Below the pieces are notes generated by a model. It had not been told where the DNA came from and did no database searches. It was given only the letters and a program-made list of their open reading frames with translations. 64,000 bases of DNA. Source: Minisyncoccota bacterium. Its GTDB lineage: Bacteria > Patescibacteriota > Minisyncoccia > Phycocordibacterales > UBA1006. Position numbers and translations under genes: made by a program. Shown here one piece after another: positions 20,701 to 31,485 of the stretch. Location of the stretch: the NCBI GenBank assembly GCA_021734445.1, contig JAIPIY010000002.1:32786-96785 (forward strand). Reading direction: 5' to 3'. The stretch's first letter is position 1; every line of letters starts with the position of its first letter.

Positions 20701-23700
20701 CTATTTTCTTTCTTCTGTAGATGTAGCCTCATCAGGAAATTCAGAAACAGTAAATCCTGGAATAAAATCGTGCACCAAACCTGTACCTGCTGGAATAAGA
20801 TTACCCAAGATAACATTTTCTTTTAATCCTCGGAGAATATCTGTACCACCTTTTACTGCATTGGTAACTAATGTACGAGTAGTGTGTTGGAATGAAGATG
20901 ATGCTAACCAGCTTTTTGTAGAAAGAGATACTTCGGTAATACCCAAAATAACAGTATCTGCAGTCGCAAGAAGACCTCCTGCTTTTTTTACTGGCATATT
21001 TTCTTCTTCGAATTGAATACGTTCAATAATTTCTCCTGATGTAAGACTGGTATCTCCAGGATTTGATACTCGAACTCGAGAAAACATTTGACGAACAATA
21101 ATTTCAACGTGCTTACGTGAAATCGATGCACTGTGCAATTCATATACGCGCAAGATTTCTCGAATAACATATTCCTGAGCTTTTGATTCTCCTCCGTATT
21201 TGAATATATCAAGAACATTAGCAGAACCATCAGTTAATAAATCACCAGCAGAAACAGTGTCTCCTACATCCACCAATGGAACGCGTCGATAATCAACTGT
21301 ATATTCATGTGTTTTCTTTCCTTCTTTTGCTCCACCAGCTTCTTCGAGAACAGTAATAACAACTTCTTTGTCTTTTTTGATGACATCAGAAACAATACCA
21401 TCTACGGTTGCAACAACTGCAGGTGTTTTTGGAATACGTCGTTCTAATACTTCTTCAACACGAGGAAGACCGGTTGTGATATCCAATCCAGATACCCCAC
21501 CGGCGTGGAAGGTACGCAACGTAAGCTGAGTACCCGGTTCTCCAATCGCTTGTGCAGCGACAACCCCAACAGCTTCTCCAACTTTTACTGGTGCTTGTCG
21601 TCCCATATCCAATCCGTAACAGGTAGCACAAATACCATATAATGTTTTACATTTCAAAGGAGAACGAACTACTGCGCTTTCTATATCATTTGATTCGATA
21701 ACTGCAACATCGGCATTAGACAACAGGTGTCCTTTTGCAAATAATACAGTACCTTTTGCATCTGCAATCGGTTCAGCCAAAATACGACCCCATAGATTTT
21801 TTCCAAAAGGAATTTCTACTCCAGAAATAATCAATCGAGAAACAGTTACGCTTTCTTTGGTGCCACAGTCTTGTTCTGTAATAACAATTTCTTGTGCAAC
21901 ATCAACCAAACGTCGAGTAAGATACCCAGCCTTTGCAGTGTTCAACGCAGTGTCAGTCAACCCTTTTCGAGAACCGTGTGTAGTAGTAAAGTATTCAATA
22001 GGAGAAAGACCTTCTTTAAATGATGGCACCACAGGGAACTCGATAATACGTCCAGACGTGTTAATAATCAAACCTTTCATACCTGACATCTGTGCCATGG
22101 AATTGATAGAACCTCGGGCACCTGATGTTACCATGTCATAAGCAGATTCACGATCGATAAGGTGAGCCCCTACCAAAGTTTCAATTTCTTTTTTCGCAGA
22201 TTCCCAGATTTCAATAATTTTCCGATATCGTTCATCATCAGATAATAATCCGTCATCGTATTGAGAACGAATAGTAGATTCAGCAGATCGAGCTTTTTCA
22301 ATAATTGCAGGTTTTCCTTCGGGAACTTTGGCATCATCAAGACCCCAAGTTACCCCAGCTCGTGTTACATATTTGAATCCAAATTGTTTAATTTTATCAA
22401 GAAGCACAGGTGTTCCATCAATACCATATCGTTGAATCAAAAGATCAATCAATTTACTCAGATCTTTCTTTTTAATTTCCTGGTTCATGTAGTGATAATC
22501 ATCAGGAAATACACTGTTGAACAATAGTCGTCCCACAGTTGTTTCAAAAATATTACCTTCGAATGCTGCATATTTTTCTTTTGCTGTACCACGTACCATG
22601 ATTTTTGCTCGCAAATCTACCACAGTATAATCGTATGCCAAAATAGCAGCATTTGGAGATTCAAATATTTTTCCTTCACCCAATGCACCGGGTACTATTT
22701 TTGTCATCCAGTAACACCCCAACACGATATCTTGTGATGGAGTAGTAATAGGAACACCGTCTTGAGGTTTTACTAAGTTTTTATTAGATGCAATCAAAGC
22801 CTTTGCTTCTTGTTGTGCTTCGGTAGACAGCGGCACGTGTACCGCCATCTGGTCACCGTCAAAGTCCGCGTTAAACGCAGTACATACCAATGGATGTACC
22901 TGAATCGCATTTCCTTCTATCAATACAGGATTAAAAGCCTGAATAGACAAACGGTGCAATGTAGGAGCACGGTTCAACAAAACATATTTGTCTTTAATAA
23001 CTTCTTCCAAAATTGACCACACTTCTGGTGCACCTTCTTCGATCAAACGTCCAGCACCACGAATGTTAAAAGCCAATTCTTGATCAAGAATTTTACCAAT
23101 AATAAATGGTCGGAACAATTCCAAAGCCATGTGTTTTGGTAAACCACATTGGTTTAGTTTCAACTGAGGTCCAACAACGATTACAGAACGTCCAGAATAA
23201 TCCACACGTTTTCCAAGAAGGTTTTGTCGGAACAAACCTTGTTTTCCTTTTAAATTATCAGAAAGCGATTTCAATGTTCGACGTTGTGATTGACTCATTG
23301 CCTGAGATCCACCAGCACGACGAATTGAATTGTCGATCAATGCATCGACTGCTTCTTGGAGAATACGTTTTTCGTTTCGCAAAATTACGTCAGGTGCACC
23401 AATTTCTTTTAGTTTAGCCAAACGATTGTTTCGATTTATTACACGTCGGTACAAATCGTTAAGGTCAGATGTTGCATGTCGTCCACCATCCAATGCAACC
23501 ATAGGACGCAATGCGGGAGGGATAATAGGAATAGCTGTCAAAAACATCCATTCTGGACGAGCGTTTGATTTTATCAAAGATCGCACTAATGAAAGTCGTT
23601 TTTCAATTTTCAACTTTTCAGCAGTTTTTGTTTTTTCCAAATCAACAGTCAATTGTTTTTCCAAAGCAACAAGATCAAGTTTTTTGAACATTTCGTATAC

Positions 23701-24351
23701 TGCTTCAGCACCGATACCTGCATCAAACAATGATCCATATTTGATAGACATTTTATGATATTCAGCTTCGGTAAGAACAACACCTTCTGAAATAGCAGCG
23801 ATTTCTTTTTTCGTAGTAGACATTAATTCACGCATTTTTTCTTTGTCGTCTTCATTCAACAATGCTTTCATTTTTGATTTGAATTCATTGTCCAATTCTT
23901 TCAAAATACGATCACGTTCTACTTCGTACATGTTGGTAACAATATATCCAGCAAAATATACAACTTTTTCTAATTGCATTACCGGAACACCCAACAACAA
24001 ACTCATACGAGATGGAATACCTCGCAAAAACCAAATATGCGCAACAGGGCTGGCAAGATCAATGTGTCCCATTCGTTCTCGTCGCACTACTGATTTGGTA
24101 ACTTCAACTCCACATTTTTCACAAATAATACCTGCGTAACGAATACGCTTGTATTTTCCACAGTAACATTCATAATCTTTTTCTGGCCCAAAAATACGTT
24201 CGTCAAAAAGACCACCACGTTCTGACCGTCCTGTTCGATAGTTGATTGTTTCTGGTTTTGTAACTTCACCACGAGACCATTCTCGAATACGTTCTGGAGA
24301 AGCAAGTTTCAAAGAAATTGCATTAAATTCTTGTGTAGTATGTATAGACAT
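20701..24351 (-). CDS. rpoC: RNA polymerase beta' subunit
   Basis: NADFDGDQM catalytic motif, GKRVDYSGRSVI, zinc finger. Confidence 0.99.
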   Translation of the reverse strand: MSIHTTQEFNAISLKLASPERIREWSRGEVTKPETINYRTGRSERGGLFDERIFGPEKDYECYCGKYKRIRYAGIICEKCGVEVTKSVVRRERMGHIDLASPVAHIWFLRGIPSRMSLLLGVPVMQLEKVVYFAGYIVTNMYEVERDRILKELDNEFKSKMKALLNEDDKEKMRELMSTTKKEIAAISEGVVLTEAEYHKMSIKYGSLFDAGIGAEAVYEMFKKLDLVALEKQLTVDLEKTKTAEKLKIEKRLSLVRSLIKSNARPEWMFLTAIPIIPPALRPMVALDGGRHATSDLNDLYRRVINRNNRLAKLKEIGAPDVILRNEKRILQEAVDALIDNSIRRAGGSQAMSQSQRRTLKSLSDNLKGKQGLFRQNLLGKRVDYSGRSVIVVGPQLKLNQCGLPKHMALELFRPFIIGKILDQELAFNIRGAGRLIEEGAPEVWSILEEVIKDKYVLLNRAPTLHRLSIQAFNPVLIEGNAIQVHPLVCTAFNADFDGDQMAVHVPLSTEAQQEAKALIASNKNLVKPQDGVPITTPSQDIVLGCYWMTKIVPGALGEGKIFESPNAAILAYDYTVVDLRAKIMVRGTAKEKYAAFEGNIFETTVGRLLFNSVFPDDYHYMNQEIKKKDLSKLIDLLIQRYGIDGTPVLLDKIKQFGFKYVTRAGVTWGLDDAKVPEGKPAIIEKARSAESTIRSQYDDGLLSDDERYRKIIEIWESAKKEIETLVGAHLIDRESAYDMVTSGARGSINSMAQMSGMKGLIINTSGRIIEFPVVPSFKEGLSPIEYFTTTHGSRKGLTDTALNTAKAGYLTRRLVDVAQEIVITEQDCGTKESVTVSRLIISGVEIPFGKNLWGRILAEPIADAKGTVLFAKGHLLSNADVAVIESNDIESAVVRSPLKCKTLYGICATCYGLDMGRQAPVKVGEAVGVVAAQAIGEPGTQLTLRTFHAGGVSGLDITTGLPRVEEVLERRIPKTPAVVATVDGIVSDVIKKDKEVVITVLEEAGGAKEGKKTHEYTVDYRRVPLVDVGDTVSAGDLLTDGSANVLDIFKYGGESKAQEYVIREILRVYELHSASISRKHVEIIVRQMFSRVRVSNPGDTSLTSGEIIERIQFEEENMPVKKAGGLLATADTVILGITEVSLSTKSWLASSSFQHTTRTLVTNAVKGGTDILRGLKENVILGNLIPAGTGLVHDFIPGFTVSEFPDEATSTEERK

Positions 24352-24371
24352 AAGCAAGTGTAAAATTAAAA

Positions 24372-27300
24372 TTAATCGTTATTCAAGACTTCGACATTTG
24401 TTAATGAAACATCCAAAGACAAACCTCGTAGGTATGCCAACAAAACATTAAAGGATGCTGGTACGTGCGGATGTTGTACTGGTTGTCCCTTGATAAGACT
24501 ATCAAAAGCCTGTGATCGTCCTTGAATATCATCCGATTTAATCGTTAACATTTCACGCAATGTATATGCTGCGCCGTAACCTTCCAAAGCCCAGACTTCC
24601 ATCTCTCCGAAACGTTGTCCTCCACCTTGAGATTTTCCTCCCAATGGTTGCTGTGTAATAAGAGAGTAAGGCCCAACTGAACGCATGTGAATTTTGTCTT
24701 CCACCATGTGGTGAAGTTTCAATACATACATGTATCCAACCGCGATATCTTGTTCGAAAGATTCTCCGGTTCGACCATCATATAATTTCATTTTTCCTGA
24801 TTCATTGAATCCAGCTTTTTTCAATTCCTCTTGAATTTCTACAGAACTTGCTCCACCAAACGGAGGCACAATTGCCTGGTAATTCAATGTGTTTGCAGCT
24901 AATCCAAGGTGTAATTCCAGAATCTGCCCAAGGTTCATACGAGAAGGAACCCCCAATGGTGTCAAAATAACATCCACAGGTTCACCATCTTCTGTATATG
25001 GCATATCTTCTTCTGGGAGAATGGTTGAAATAACCCCCTTGTTTCCGTGTCGTCCAGCCAATTTATCTCCAACAGAAATATTTCTCACTTGAGCAACTTC
25101 GATATAGATTTTTTTCAAAATTCCAGATTCTAATTGATCCCCTCGTTCCCGAGAAAATACTTTTACTCCGATAACACGTCCTCGTTTTCCATGTTCCAAT
25201 CGCAATGAAGTATCTTTTACATCGCGAGCTTTTTCTCCAAAGATTGATCGTAGTAATCGTTCTTCTGGCGTAAGTTCTGTTTCTCCTTTTGGTGTAATTT
25301 TTCCAACAAGAATATCGTTTTCTCGAACTTCTGCACCTACGCGAACGATACCATCTTCGTCAAGATTTTTTAGTTTTGATTCCCCTACGTTTGGAATATC
25401 GTGTGTAGTTACTTCTTCTCCCAATTTTGTATCACGTACTACACATTCGTATTCTGCAACACGTACAGAAGAAAAGATGCTGTTTTTCACTAATCGTTGT
25501 GAAAGAATAATCGCATCTTCATAGTTTTGCCCATTCCAACACATAAACGCAACACGAACGTTTTGACCCAAAGCCAATTGCCCCTTGTCTGTTGATGATG
25601 AATCTGCGATAGCATCACCTTTTTTAACTTTGTCACCCAATGACACGATAGGTCGTTGGTGAAACAATGAACTATTGTTTGTACGTGCAAAATTAATTAA
25701 TGCGTAGGTTGTATCTTTTCCTGATTTTGTACCCTTGATAACAATTCGTGCACCGTCAACGGTAATAACTTCACCATCTTCTTTTGCAATAACAACACGT
25801 CCAGTATCTCGGGCAGCTTGTTCTTCCATACCCGTTGCAACAATCGGAGCCTGAGGAATCAGACACGGTGTTGCTTGTTTTTGCATGTTTGAACCCATCA
25901 AGGCACGGTTCGCATCGTTGTGTTCCAAGAATGGAATACAACTGGTTGCGACAGACAAAGCCTGATTTGTTGCAATGTCGATAAAATCAACTTCTCCTGG
26001 AGTAACCATGTGTGGAGCTCCTTTGATACGTACCGCAACTTTTTCTGCTACGATTTTACCAGAAGCGTCATACGCAACTCCGGCATGAGCGACTGTATAT
26101 TTTTCTTCTTCTAATGCATTCAAATACACGATTTCATCAGTAACTTTTCCTTTTACTACTTTTGCGTACGGAGTTTCTAACATTCCATATTCGTTTGTAC
26201 GTGCATATACAGACATGTGCATGATCAAACCGATGTTTGGACCTTCAGGTGTGTGAATAGGACACAATCTACCATAGTGTGAAGGGTGAACGTCACGAAC
26301 TTCGAAACCTGCACGTTCACGGGTAAGACCGCCGGGACCAAGCGCAGATAAAATACGCAAGTGTTCGATTTCATCCAACGGATTTTCCTGGTGCATGAAC
26401 TGTGACAATTGGTTTGTCGCAAAGAATTCTTTGATACGAGCCTGCAACGGTCGTGGGTTTACAATGTTTACAGGTAATACAGTTTCTCCATCGATCGTAG
26501 ACATACGATCTTGGATATTTCGTTTCATCTGTGCCATACCAACACGTACTTTTTGTTGGAACAATTCTCCTACATATCGTACACGTCGTGAACCAAGATG
26601 ATCAATATCATCTTCTTTTGCACCAGGAGTATTATTCAAAGAAACCATTCGGTCGATAATCATCACCAAATCGTCCAATGACAAGATTTTATTTTCTAAT
26701 TCTTTTTCATCAAGACTTAGGTCAAAATATTTTTGAAAACGAAAACGCCCAACACGAGAAAGGTCGTATCGTTCTGGACTAAATACTGATTCGATAAATT
26801 CACGAGCGTTTTCAACAGTCGCTAATTCACCATCTCGTAATTTTTTATGCATTTCAAGGTATGCATCATCTGCTGTTTTTACAGAATCTTTTTCTAAACA
26901 AGCCTTGATTACCGCCTGAGTTTCAGGATTAGTAAACCGTGCAAGCATTTTTTCATTAGTAGTCAAACCGAAAACTCGCAATAATGAGGTAATATGGAAT
27001 TTTCGTTTTTTATCAATACGCACATGTATCAAATGATCCATGTCAGATTCAATTTCGATCCATGCACCTCGTGCAGGAATGATTTTTGCTCCGAAACGGA
27101 TTCCTTTTTTTGTTTCATCTGAAGTAAAGAATACTCCATAACTTCGTGCCAACTGAGCAACAACAACACGTTCAATACCATTGGTAATAAATGTACCATG
27201 AGGGGTCATCAATGGAACATCAGTTAGAAACATTTCTTGTTCTTTTGAACTACCAAGAGCTTTGTTGGTAAGACGAACACGCGCCTTTAAAGGAGCTTCA

Positions 27301-27560
27301 TAAGACAATTTATTTGCCTTTGCATAATATTCATCATGTTTTGCTTCGCCGACAGTAAGTTCAGTAAATTCTAGTTTGAATTTTTTTCCAGAATAATCTT
27401 CGATGGGAGAAAATTCCTTGAACACATCTGCGATACCATCACGCAAAAACCATTCATGTGATGCGACTTGATTCTCTACTAGGTTTGGTACCGGAACCAT
27501 TGGCTTTCGATATTTTGAAAAGAATTTCTTTTCAACAACTGCACTTTTTTTCTTTGACAT
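24372..27560 (-). CDS. rpoB: RNA polymerase beta subunit
   Basis: GDKLAGRHGNKG, GQRFGEME, rifampicin-pocket region. Confidence 0.99.
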   Translation of the reverse strand: MSKKKSAVVEKKFFSKYRKPMVPVPNLVENQVASHEWFLRDGIADVFKEFSPIEDYSGKKFKLEFTELTVGEAKHDEYYAKANKLSYEAPLKARVRLTNKALGSSKEQEMFLTDVPLMTPHGTFITNGIERVVVAQLARSYGVFFTSDETKKGIRFGAKIIPARGAWIEIESDMDHLIHVRIDKKRKFHITSLLRVFGLTTNEKMLARFTNPETQAVIKACLEKDSVKTADDAYLEMHKKLRDGELATVENAREFIESVFSPERYDLSRVGRFRFQKYFDLSLDEKELENKILSLDDLVMIIDRMVSLNNTPGAKEDDIDHLGSRRVRYVGELFQQKVRVGMAQMKRNIQDRMSTIDGETVLPVNIVNPRPLQARIKEFFATNQLSQFMHQENPLDEIEHLRILSALGPGGLTRERAGFEVRDVHPSHYGRLCPIHTPEGPNIGLIMHMSVYARTNEYGMLETPYAKVVKGKVTDEIVYLNALEEEKYTVAHAGVAYDASGKIVAEKVAVRIKGAPHMVTPGEVDFIDIATNQALSVATSCIPFLEHNDANRALMGSNMQKQATPCLIPQAPIVATGMEEQAARDTGRVVIAKEDGEVITVDGARIVIKGTKSGKDTTYALINFARTNNSSLFHQRPIVSLGDKVKKGDAIADSSSTDKGQLALGQNVRVAFMCWNGQNYEDAIILSQRLVKNSIFSSVRVAEYECVVRDTKLGEEVTTHDIPNVGESKLKNLDEDGIVRVGAEVRENDILVGKITPKGETELTPEERLLRSIFGEKARDVKDTSLRLEHGKRGRVIGVKVFSRERGDQLESGILKKIYIEVAQVRNISVGDKLAGRHGNKGVISTILPEEDMPYTEDGEPVDVILTPLGVPSRMNLGQILELHLGLAANTLNYQAIVPPFGGASSVEIQEELKKAGFNESGKMKLYDGRTGESFEQDIAVGYMYVLKLHHMVEDKIHMRSVGPYSLITQQPLGGKSQGGGQRFGEMEVWALEGYGAAYTLREMLTIKSDDIQGRSQAFDSLIKGQPVQHPHVPASFNVLLAYLRGLSLDVSLTNVEVLNND

Positions 27561-27718
27561 ACAATACAAAACCAACCCGATATGGGTGGCTATAATTACG
27601 TGACTACACGCTTGCTATGAATAAGAAACAAACCATGACCCGTGGTTTGTTTATGCACCGAAACAAAAAGAAGAATCGTTCTTACCGCAACACAATCATT
27701 TCTGTCTTTATGAAATAC

Positions 27719-27746
27719 AGTATACAGAAAAACAACAAAAAGTCAA
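27719..27746 (-). promoter_or_regulatory. rpoB operon promoter with a ~150-nt leader
   Basis: TTGACT-16-TATACT on the minus strand. Confidence 0.65.
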
Positions 27747-27774
27747 TGTTACCAGGGATTTTTGATTTTTATAT

Positions 27775-27804
27775 AAAAAACCCGCCAGTACTGGTACTGA
27801 CGGG
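27775..27804 (-). terminator. Terminator after the repeat helicase
   Basis: CCCGTCAGTA-CCAG-TACTGGCGGG-TTTTTT on the minus strand. Confidence 0.8.
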
Positions 27805-27835
27805 GAGCTTGCCAAGCTCAATTTATGGCATGTCT

Positions 27836-29971
27836 TTATTTTTTCCTTTTACACAAATCTTTCAAGATAGCCACAAGATCAGGTGCGTAGTGTTCAGCTG
27901 TCCGTGGACCAATTAAGTATACTCTGAACCATTGCGGATGATCTTTGCGATATCCCTCGGCAAGATTCTTTATGAGTACAAACTTACCTTGTACATCACT
28001 AAACTTTGAAATCTGGTTAGCTGTATACCAACCTTCTGGAGCCCGGGATTTTAGAATGCATAGATCTTTGAGAATCGCTACAAGATCGGGTGCGTAGTGT
28101 TCCGTGAAATTTGATCCTGTTTTACCCATCTTAAACCAATCAGAGTGTTCCGCTCGATACTCTTCGGCAAGCTTTTTGATTCGCACACTATGACTCAGTA
28201 CATCACCCATTTTTGAAATCTGGTTAGCTGTATACCAACCTTCAGGGGAATCCTGCCGAACACGGGCCTCCTTCAATATGTCAACAAGATCAGGGGCGTA
28301 GTGCTCAGTAAAGTTATTACCTGAAAAATACATCCCGAACCAATCAGGATGATTAGATCGGTGGATTTCAGCAAGGTTTTTAATCAGCACATCGCCACTC
28401 CAAACATCATCCATTTGACCAATTTGACTAGCCGTCATCCACCCCTCAGGAGCTTGTTTTTTTCGAGCACATTGCTTTTTCAGAATAGCCACAAGATCAG
28501 GTGCGTAGTGTTCAGTCCAATTAGGGCCTGATAAGTACATCATAAACCATAAGGAACATCTGCTACGGTATATCTCAGCAAGAGCCTTAACCTGATCCAA
28601 TTGACCTTGAACATCATCCATTCGTGTGATCTGACTAGCTGTAAACCATCCTTCCGGAGCTCTTTCTCGAACATATTCATCGGTATATTCTTTCACAACT
28701 CTCATCACCTCTTCTTCTGTGACATGGACTGATTCAAGAATCTCATCACACAGTTCCTGTTCAATATCAGAAGTAGAGATAAGGCGCTTGCGCATTCCTT
28801 TCATTTCTCTTTCTCCTAATACTTTAGGCATCACCATAGAATTGCCTTCCAGAACCTGTGAATAGAAAACCTGATCTCTGCCTTCGAACATCAACTGCAC
28901 AACATATGCAATTTTGTCTGGCATCAATTTCCACAAGCGTGTTGCCCTACCTGCCCCCTGAGTCAAACCGACAAGCGATCCAACAGGATAAGCAAATATG
29001 ACTCCACAAACACCTTCATCATCGAAACCAGTTTTAGGAACATCAACGCCCACAAGAACTTCAAATTTGTTGTCCTTGAAGTCATCGAAAAGATCTCTTC
29101 GATCATCCCTTGACATGGCACCTTCGATCAGTCGTGCAGTGACACCTTGATAAACCAATTCTTCTACAAGATCGCGTCCTTGTTCCACCGTTAATGTAAA
29201 CATGACGAATCGGAGACCTTTTGGTTGAAACAATTTCTTGTACAAACGCGTAGCAGCAATGTTTCCACCTTGGCGGATAATATCGCTACTTATTCGTTCT
29301 GTGTATTCAGACGTTGCCTCACCTTGCAATCTTCCAGCGATCTTGATCTTGACCTTGCCGGTCATAAACTGAATACCTGAAAGCATCCCTACTTCAACGG
29401 CTTCGGAAACTGAAATTCTGTGAACTTCAAGCCCTAGCCATTCTTTGAGGTTTTTCTCGTCAGAATATTCAGGTGTGGCGGTAAAGCCAATGATGATGGC
29501 GTGCTGTTGTTCATCCACCTTTGCCCGTCTTACCGGGCCCAGCGCAAGATGAGCTTCATCAAGAAATATGACCGAATACTGTTTCAACTCGTCATTACTT
29601 AATTTAATGAAAGTTTGGTACATCATCACGGTCACATGTTGACCGTTGCTTTTCCAACCTCCACCACGAAGCCCAACAACAAGCCGTACCGCAAATTTTG
29701 TAAATTCATTCTTCATCTGCGAAAGCAGATCAATCTTTGGTACAAGAATCAAAATCTTGATATCTTGTGCTCCATTGATAATAGCATCAGCAATCGTGGC
29801 CTGAAGGAATGATTTACCTATTCCTGTTGGCCCTGAGATGTACATAGTACGGAATCCGTCTATGATAGCCTGGCGTATTTCGGTGTAGAACGTTTCTTGT
29901 CCTTTACGAAATACGTTGATAGGAACATACGAAAGTAAGTTCGCTACAATTAACATGAATCGATTTTCCAT
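27836..29971 (-). CDS. SF2 DEAH-box (ResIII-like) helicase with four C-terminal tandem repeats
   Basis: GPTGIGKS, DEAH, TAT, QGAGRATR; four copies of (A/S)PEGWxTAxQI...EHYAPDLVxILK. Confidence 0.88.
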   Translation of the reverse strand: MENRFMLIVANLLSYVPINVFRKGQETFYTEIRQAIIDGFRTMYISGPTGIGKSFLQATIADAIINGAQDIKILILVPKIDLLSQMKNEFTKFAVRLVVGLRGGGWKSNGQHVTVMMYQTFIKLSNDELKQYSVIFLDEAHLALGPVRRAKVDEQQHAIIIGFTATPEYSDEKNLKEWLGLEVHRISVSEAVEVGMLSGIQFMTGKVKIKIAGRLQGEATSEYTERISSDIIRQGGNIAATRLYKKLFQPKGLRFVMFTLTVEQGRDLVEELVYQGVTARLIEGAMSRDDRRDLFDDFKDNKFEVLVGVDVPKTGFDDEGVCGVIFAYPVGSLVGLTQGAGRATRLWKLMPDKIAYVVQLMFEGRDQVFYSQVLEGNSMVMPKVLGEREMKGMRKRLISTSDIEQELCDEILESVHVTEEEVMRVVKEYTDEYVRERAPEGWFTASQITRMDDVQGQLDQVKALAEIYRSRCSLWFMMYLSGPNWTEHYAPDLVAILKKQCARKKQAPEGWMTASQIGQMDDVWSGDVLIKNLAEIHRSNHPDWFGMYFSGNNFTEHYAPDLVDILKEARVRQDSPEGWYTANQISKMGDVLSHSVRIKKLAEEYRAEHSDWFKMGKTGSNFTEHYAPDLVAILKDLCILKSRAPEGWYTANQISKFSDVQGKFVLIKNLAEGYRKDHPQWFRVYLIGPRTAEHYAPDLVAILKDLCKRKK
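27850..28670 (-). repeat. Intragenic tandem repeat, 4 units of 204-207 bp
   Basis: AAGATCRGGKGCGTAGTGYTC at 27875, 28082, 28286 and 28493. Confidence 0.9.
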
Positions 29972-30124
29972 TGTATTAAACTTTCAACGAGCAGATCATT
30001 TGTTCACCGCTTGATATACAATATGTCATATTATATATCATCTGTCAATACATACACACACATGTAATTAAAATCCCTTGCTTTTTAAAAAAGATATGTT
30101 AATATAGATAAAAACGTTCAGCAC

Positions 30125-30418
30125 ATGATAGAAATGTTCATCCTGCTGTCAGTCGCATCCGCAGCTGACCTGCCCAGGATGATTCATCGCGATCATCCTG
30201 AAATTGTAGTTACGGTTCTTTCCATCAATGAGGCTCGACTGAAATATCCCCAAGGCAACGATTGTTGCATTTTGGTGGGATTAGTTGAATCTCCTATTAT
30301 TTTTCAAGAATATGGGAATATTGTTATTTTCTCCGACCAGCAACCCGAAGCTATTTGTGCCACGGGCTGGAAGGGAAATGTTCTCGAGCTGTTACGGTTG
30401 TCGCTGAGACCACCCTGA
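30125..30418 (+). CDS. Hypothetical orphan protein
   Basis: Promoter TTGCTT-16-TAATAT (30078-30105) and its own terminator. Confidence 0.6.
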   Translation: MIEMFILLSVASAADLPRMIHRDHPEIVVTVLSINEARLKYPQGNDCCILVGLVESPIIFQEYGNIVIFSDQQPEAICATGWKGNVLELLRLSLRPP

Positions 30419-30423
30419 CGACT

Positions 30424-30463
30424 GGGCCATGAGGTTTTCGAACTTCATGGCCCCTCTTTTTTA
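30424..30463 (+). terminator. Terminator with a UUCG loop
   Basis: GGGCCATGAGGTT-TTCG-AACTTCATGGCCC followed by CTCTTTTTT. Confidence 0.8.
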
Positions 30464-30468
30464 TATAC

Positions 30469-30505
30469 AAAAAAATTCCCGCCATACGCTATTGCGCATG
30501 ACGGG
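30469..30505 (-). terminator. Terminator for the 31019 ORF
   Basis: CCCGTCATGCGC-AATA-GCGTATGGCGGG-AATTTTTT on the minus strand. Confidence 0.75.
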
Positions 30506-30527
30506 TTATTCAATCAAACTGATTCAC

Positions 30528-31019
30528 TTAGTCTTTAAGACAATATACAGAATCGGGAACATCTTCCCAATATTGTTTTCTGGCTTCATTTTCTGGATCA
30601 GAACAAAGTTCTTCCAGTAATCGAAGTGACTCCTGTTTACCATCGGGCCTGAGGTGTTCCTCCTGAAAAAGAATCACTGTTTTCTTTTCCCTGATCTCAG
30701 GAACAAGAGATTCTAAATAGAAAAGCCTGCAAATCTTCTTTTTATTATGCTCTTTTATCTCCCAATAAAAAGAGCTTGAATCCATTGCAATAATTTCAGA
30801 CAAAAGAAGAATATCGACATACCCAATACTGGGATCTGGATCTTTTTTATCATGATCAAGGAAGGAGCCTGTGGGGTCTCCATAAAATTTATTCACAGTC
30901 CACATTGTATTCACTATTCCATTACGAGTCCTTGCAAAATTTCCAGATGGCACAGAACAAGCTTCCCATCCGATAGTCTGTTGATTAATTAGCTCAATCT
31001 TTTCTAGTAGATCTTTCAT
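30528..31019 (-). CDS. Hypothetical orphan protein
   Basis: 163 aa; promoter TTGCAT-17-TAATGT; its own terminator. Confidence 0.7.
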   Translation of the reverse strand: MKDLLEKIELINQQTIGWEACSVPSGNFARTRNGIVNTMWTVNKFYGDPTGSFLDHDKKDPDPSIGYVDILLLSEIIAMDSSSFYWEIKEHNKKKICRLFYLESLVPEIREKKTVILFQEEHLRPDGKQESLRLLEELCSDPENEARKQYWEDVPDSVYCLKD

Positions 31020-31132
31020 TGTGTAGGTGCGTTAGTTTAAATACACATTACAATAATGAAATTATATATGCAACCCTTGACAAAAAAAAAAGAAATTGTG
31101 TTAAATATAAAAGAACCAAAAAACAACTGCAC

Positions 31133-31462
31133 ATGAACACAATTGAACGCCCTTGCTTTACCGTCTGTGAAAATGGGTCTGACCATGGACACTTTATTAT
31201 TCCATCAATCCAAGGAATGAGCTTTCCAATCTATTGCAAAGAGCATGCTCTTTTGTGCTTGAATGGATTAATCCGAAATGAGATTGTCGATTCAGCATTC
31301 AAAACAGCGATCATGCAAGATATCAATACCTGCAATCTGCCAAACACGGAAACCCCAGAAGTACGCAGAAAAGCAAAGAAGATATCAGATATGATTTCTG
31401 TGATTCTGCGAGCAGCTCACGAGAAAAGCTCATTTGATGACAGGGGTATCTGCAAAAATTGA
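31133..31462 (+). CDS. Hypothetical orphan protein
   Basis: Start MNTIERP; TTGACA at 31077; terminator at 31486-31517. Confidence 0.65.
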   Translation: MNTIERPCFTVCENGSDHGHFIIPSIQGMSFPIYCKEHALLCLNGLIRNEIVDSAFKTAIMQDINTCNLPNTETPEVRRKAKKISDMISVILRAAHEKSSFDDRGICKN

Positions 31463-31485
31463 CACACTGTCAGTTACCAAAGAAG

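Noticed and set aside
27617-27916. 99-aa plus-strand ORF
   Set aside because: It overlaps the rpoB leader and promoter, a terminator and the helicase 3' end; likely spurious.
27850-28670. Periodic 21-nt repeats as a CRISPR array
   Set aside because: The period is about 205 bp, in frame within a CDS, the intervening sequence is homologous, and no cas genes are present.
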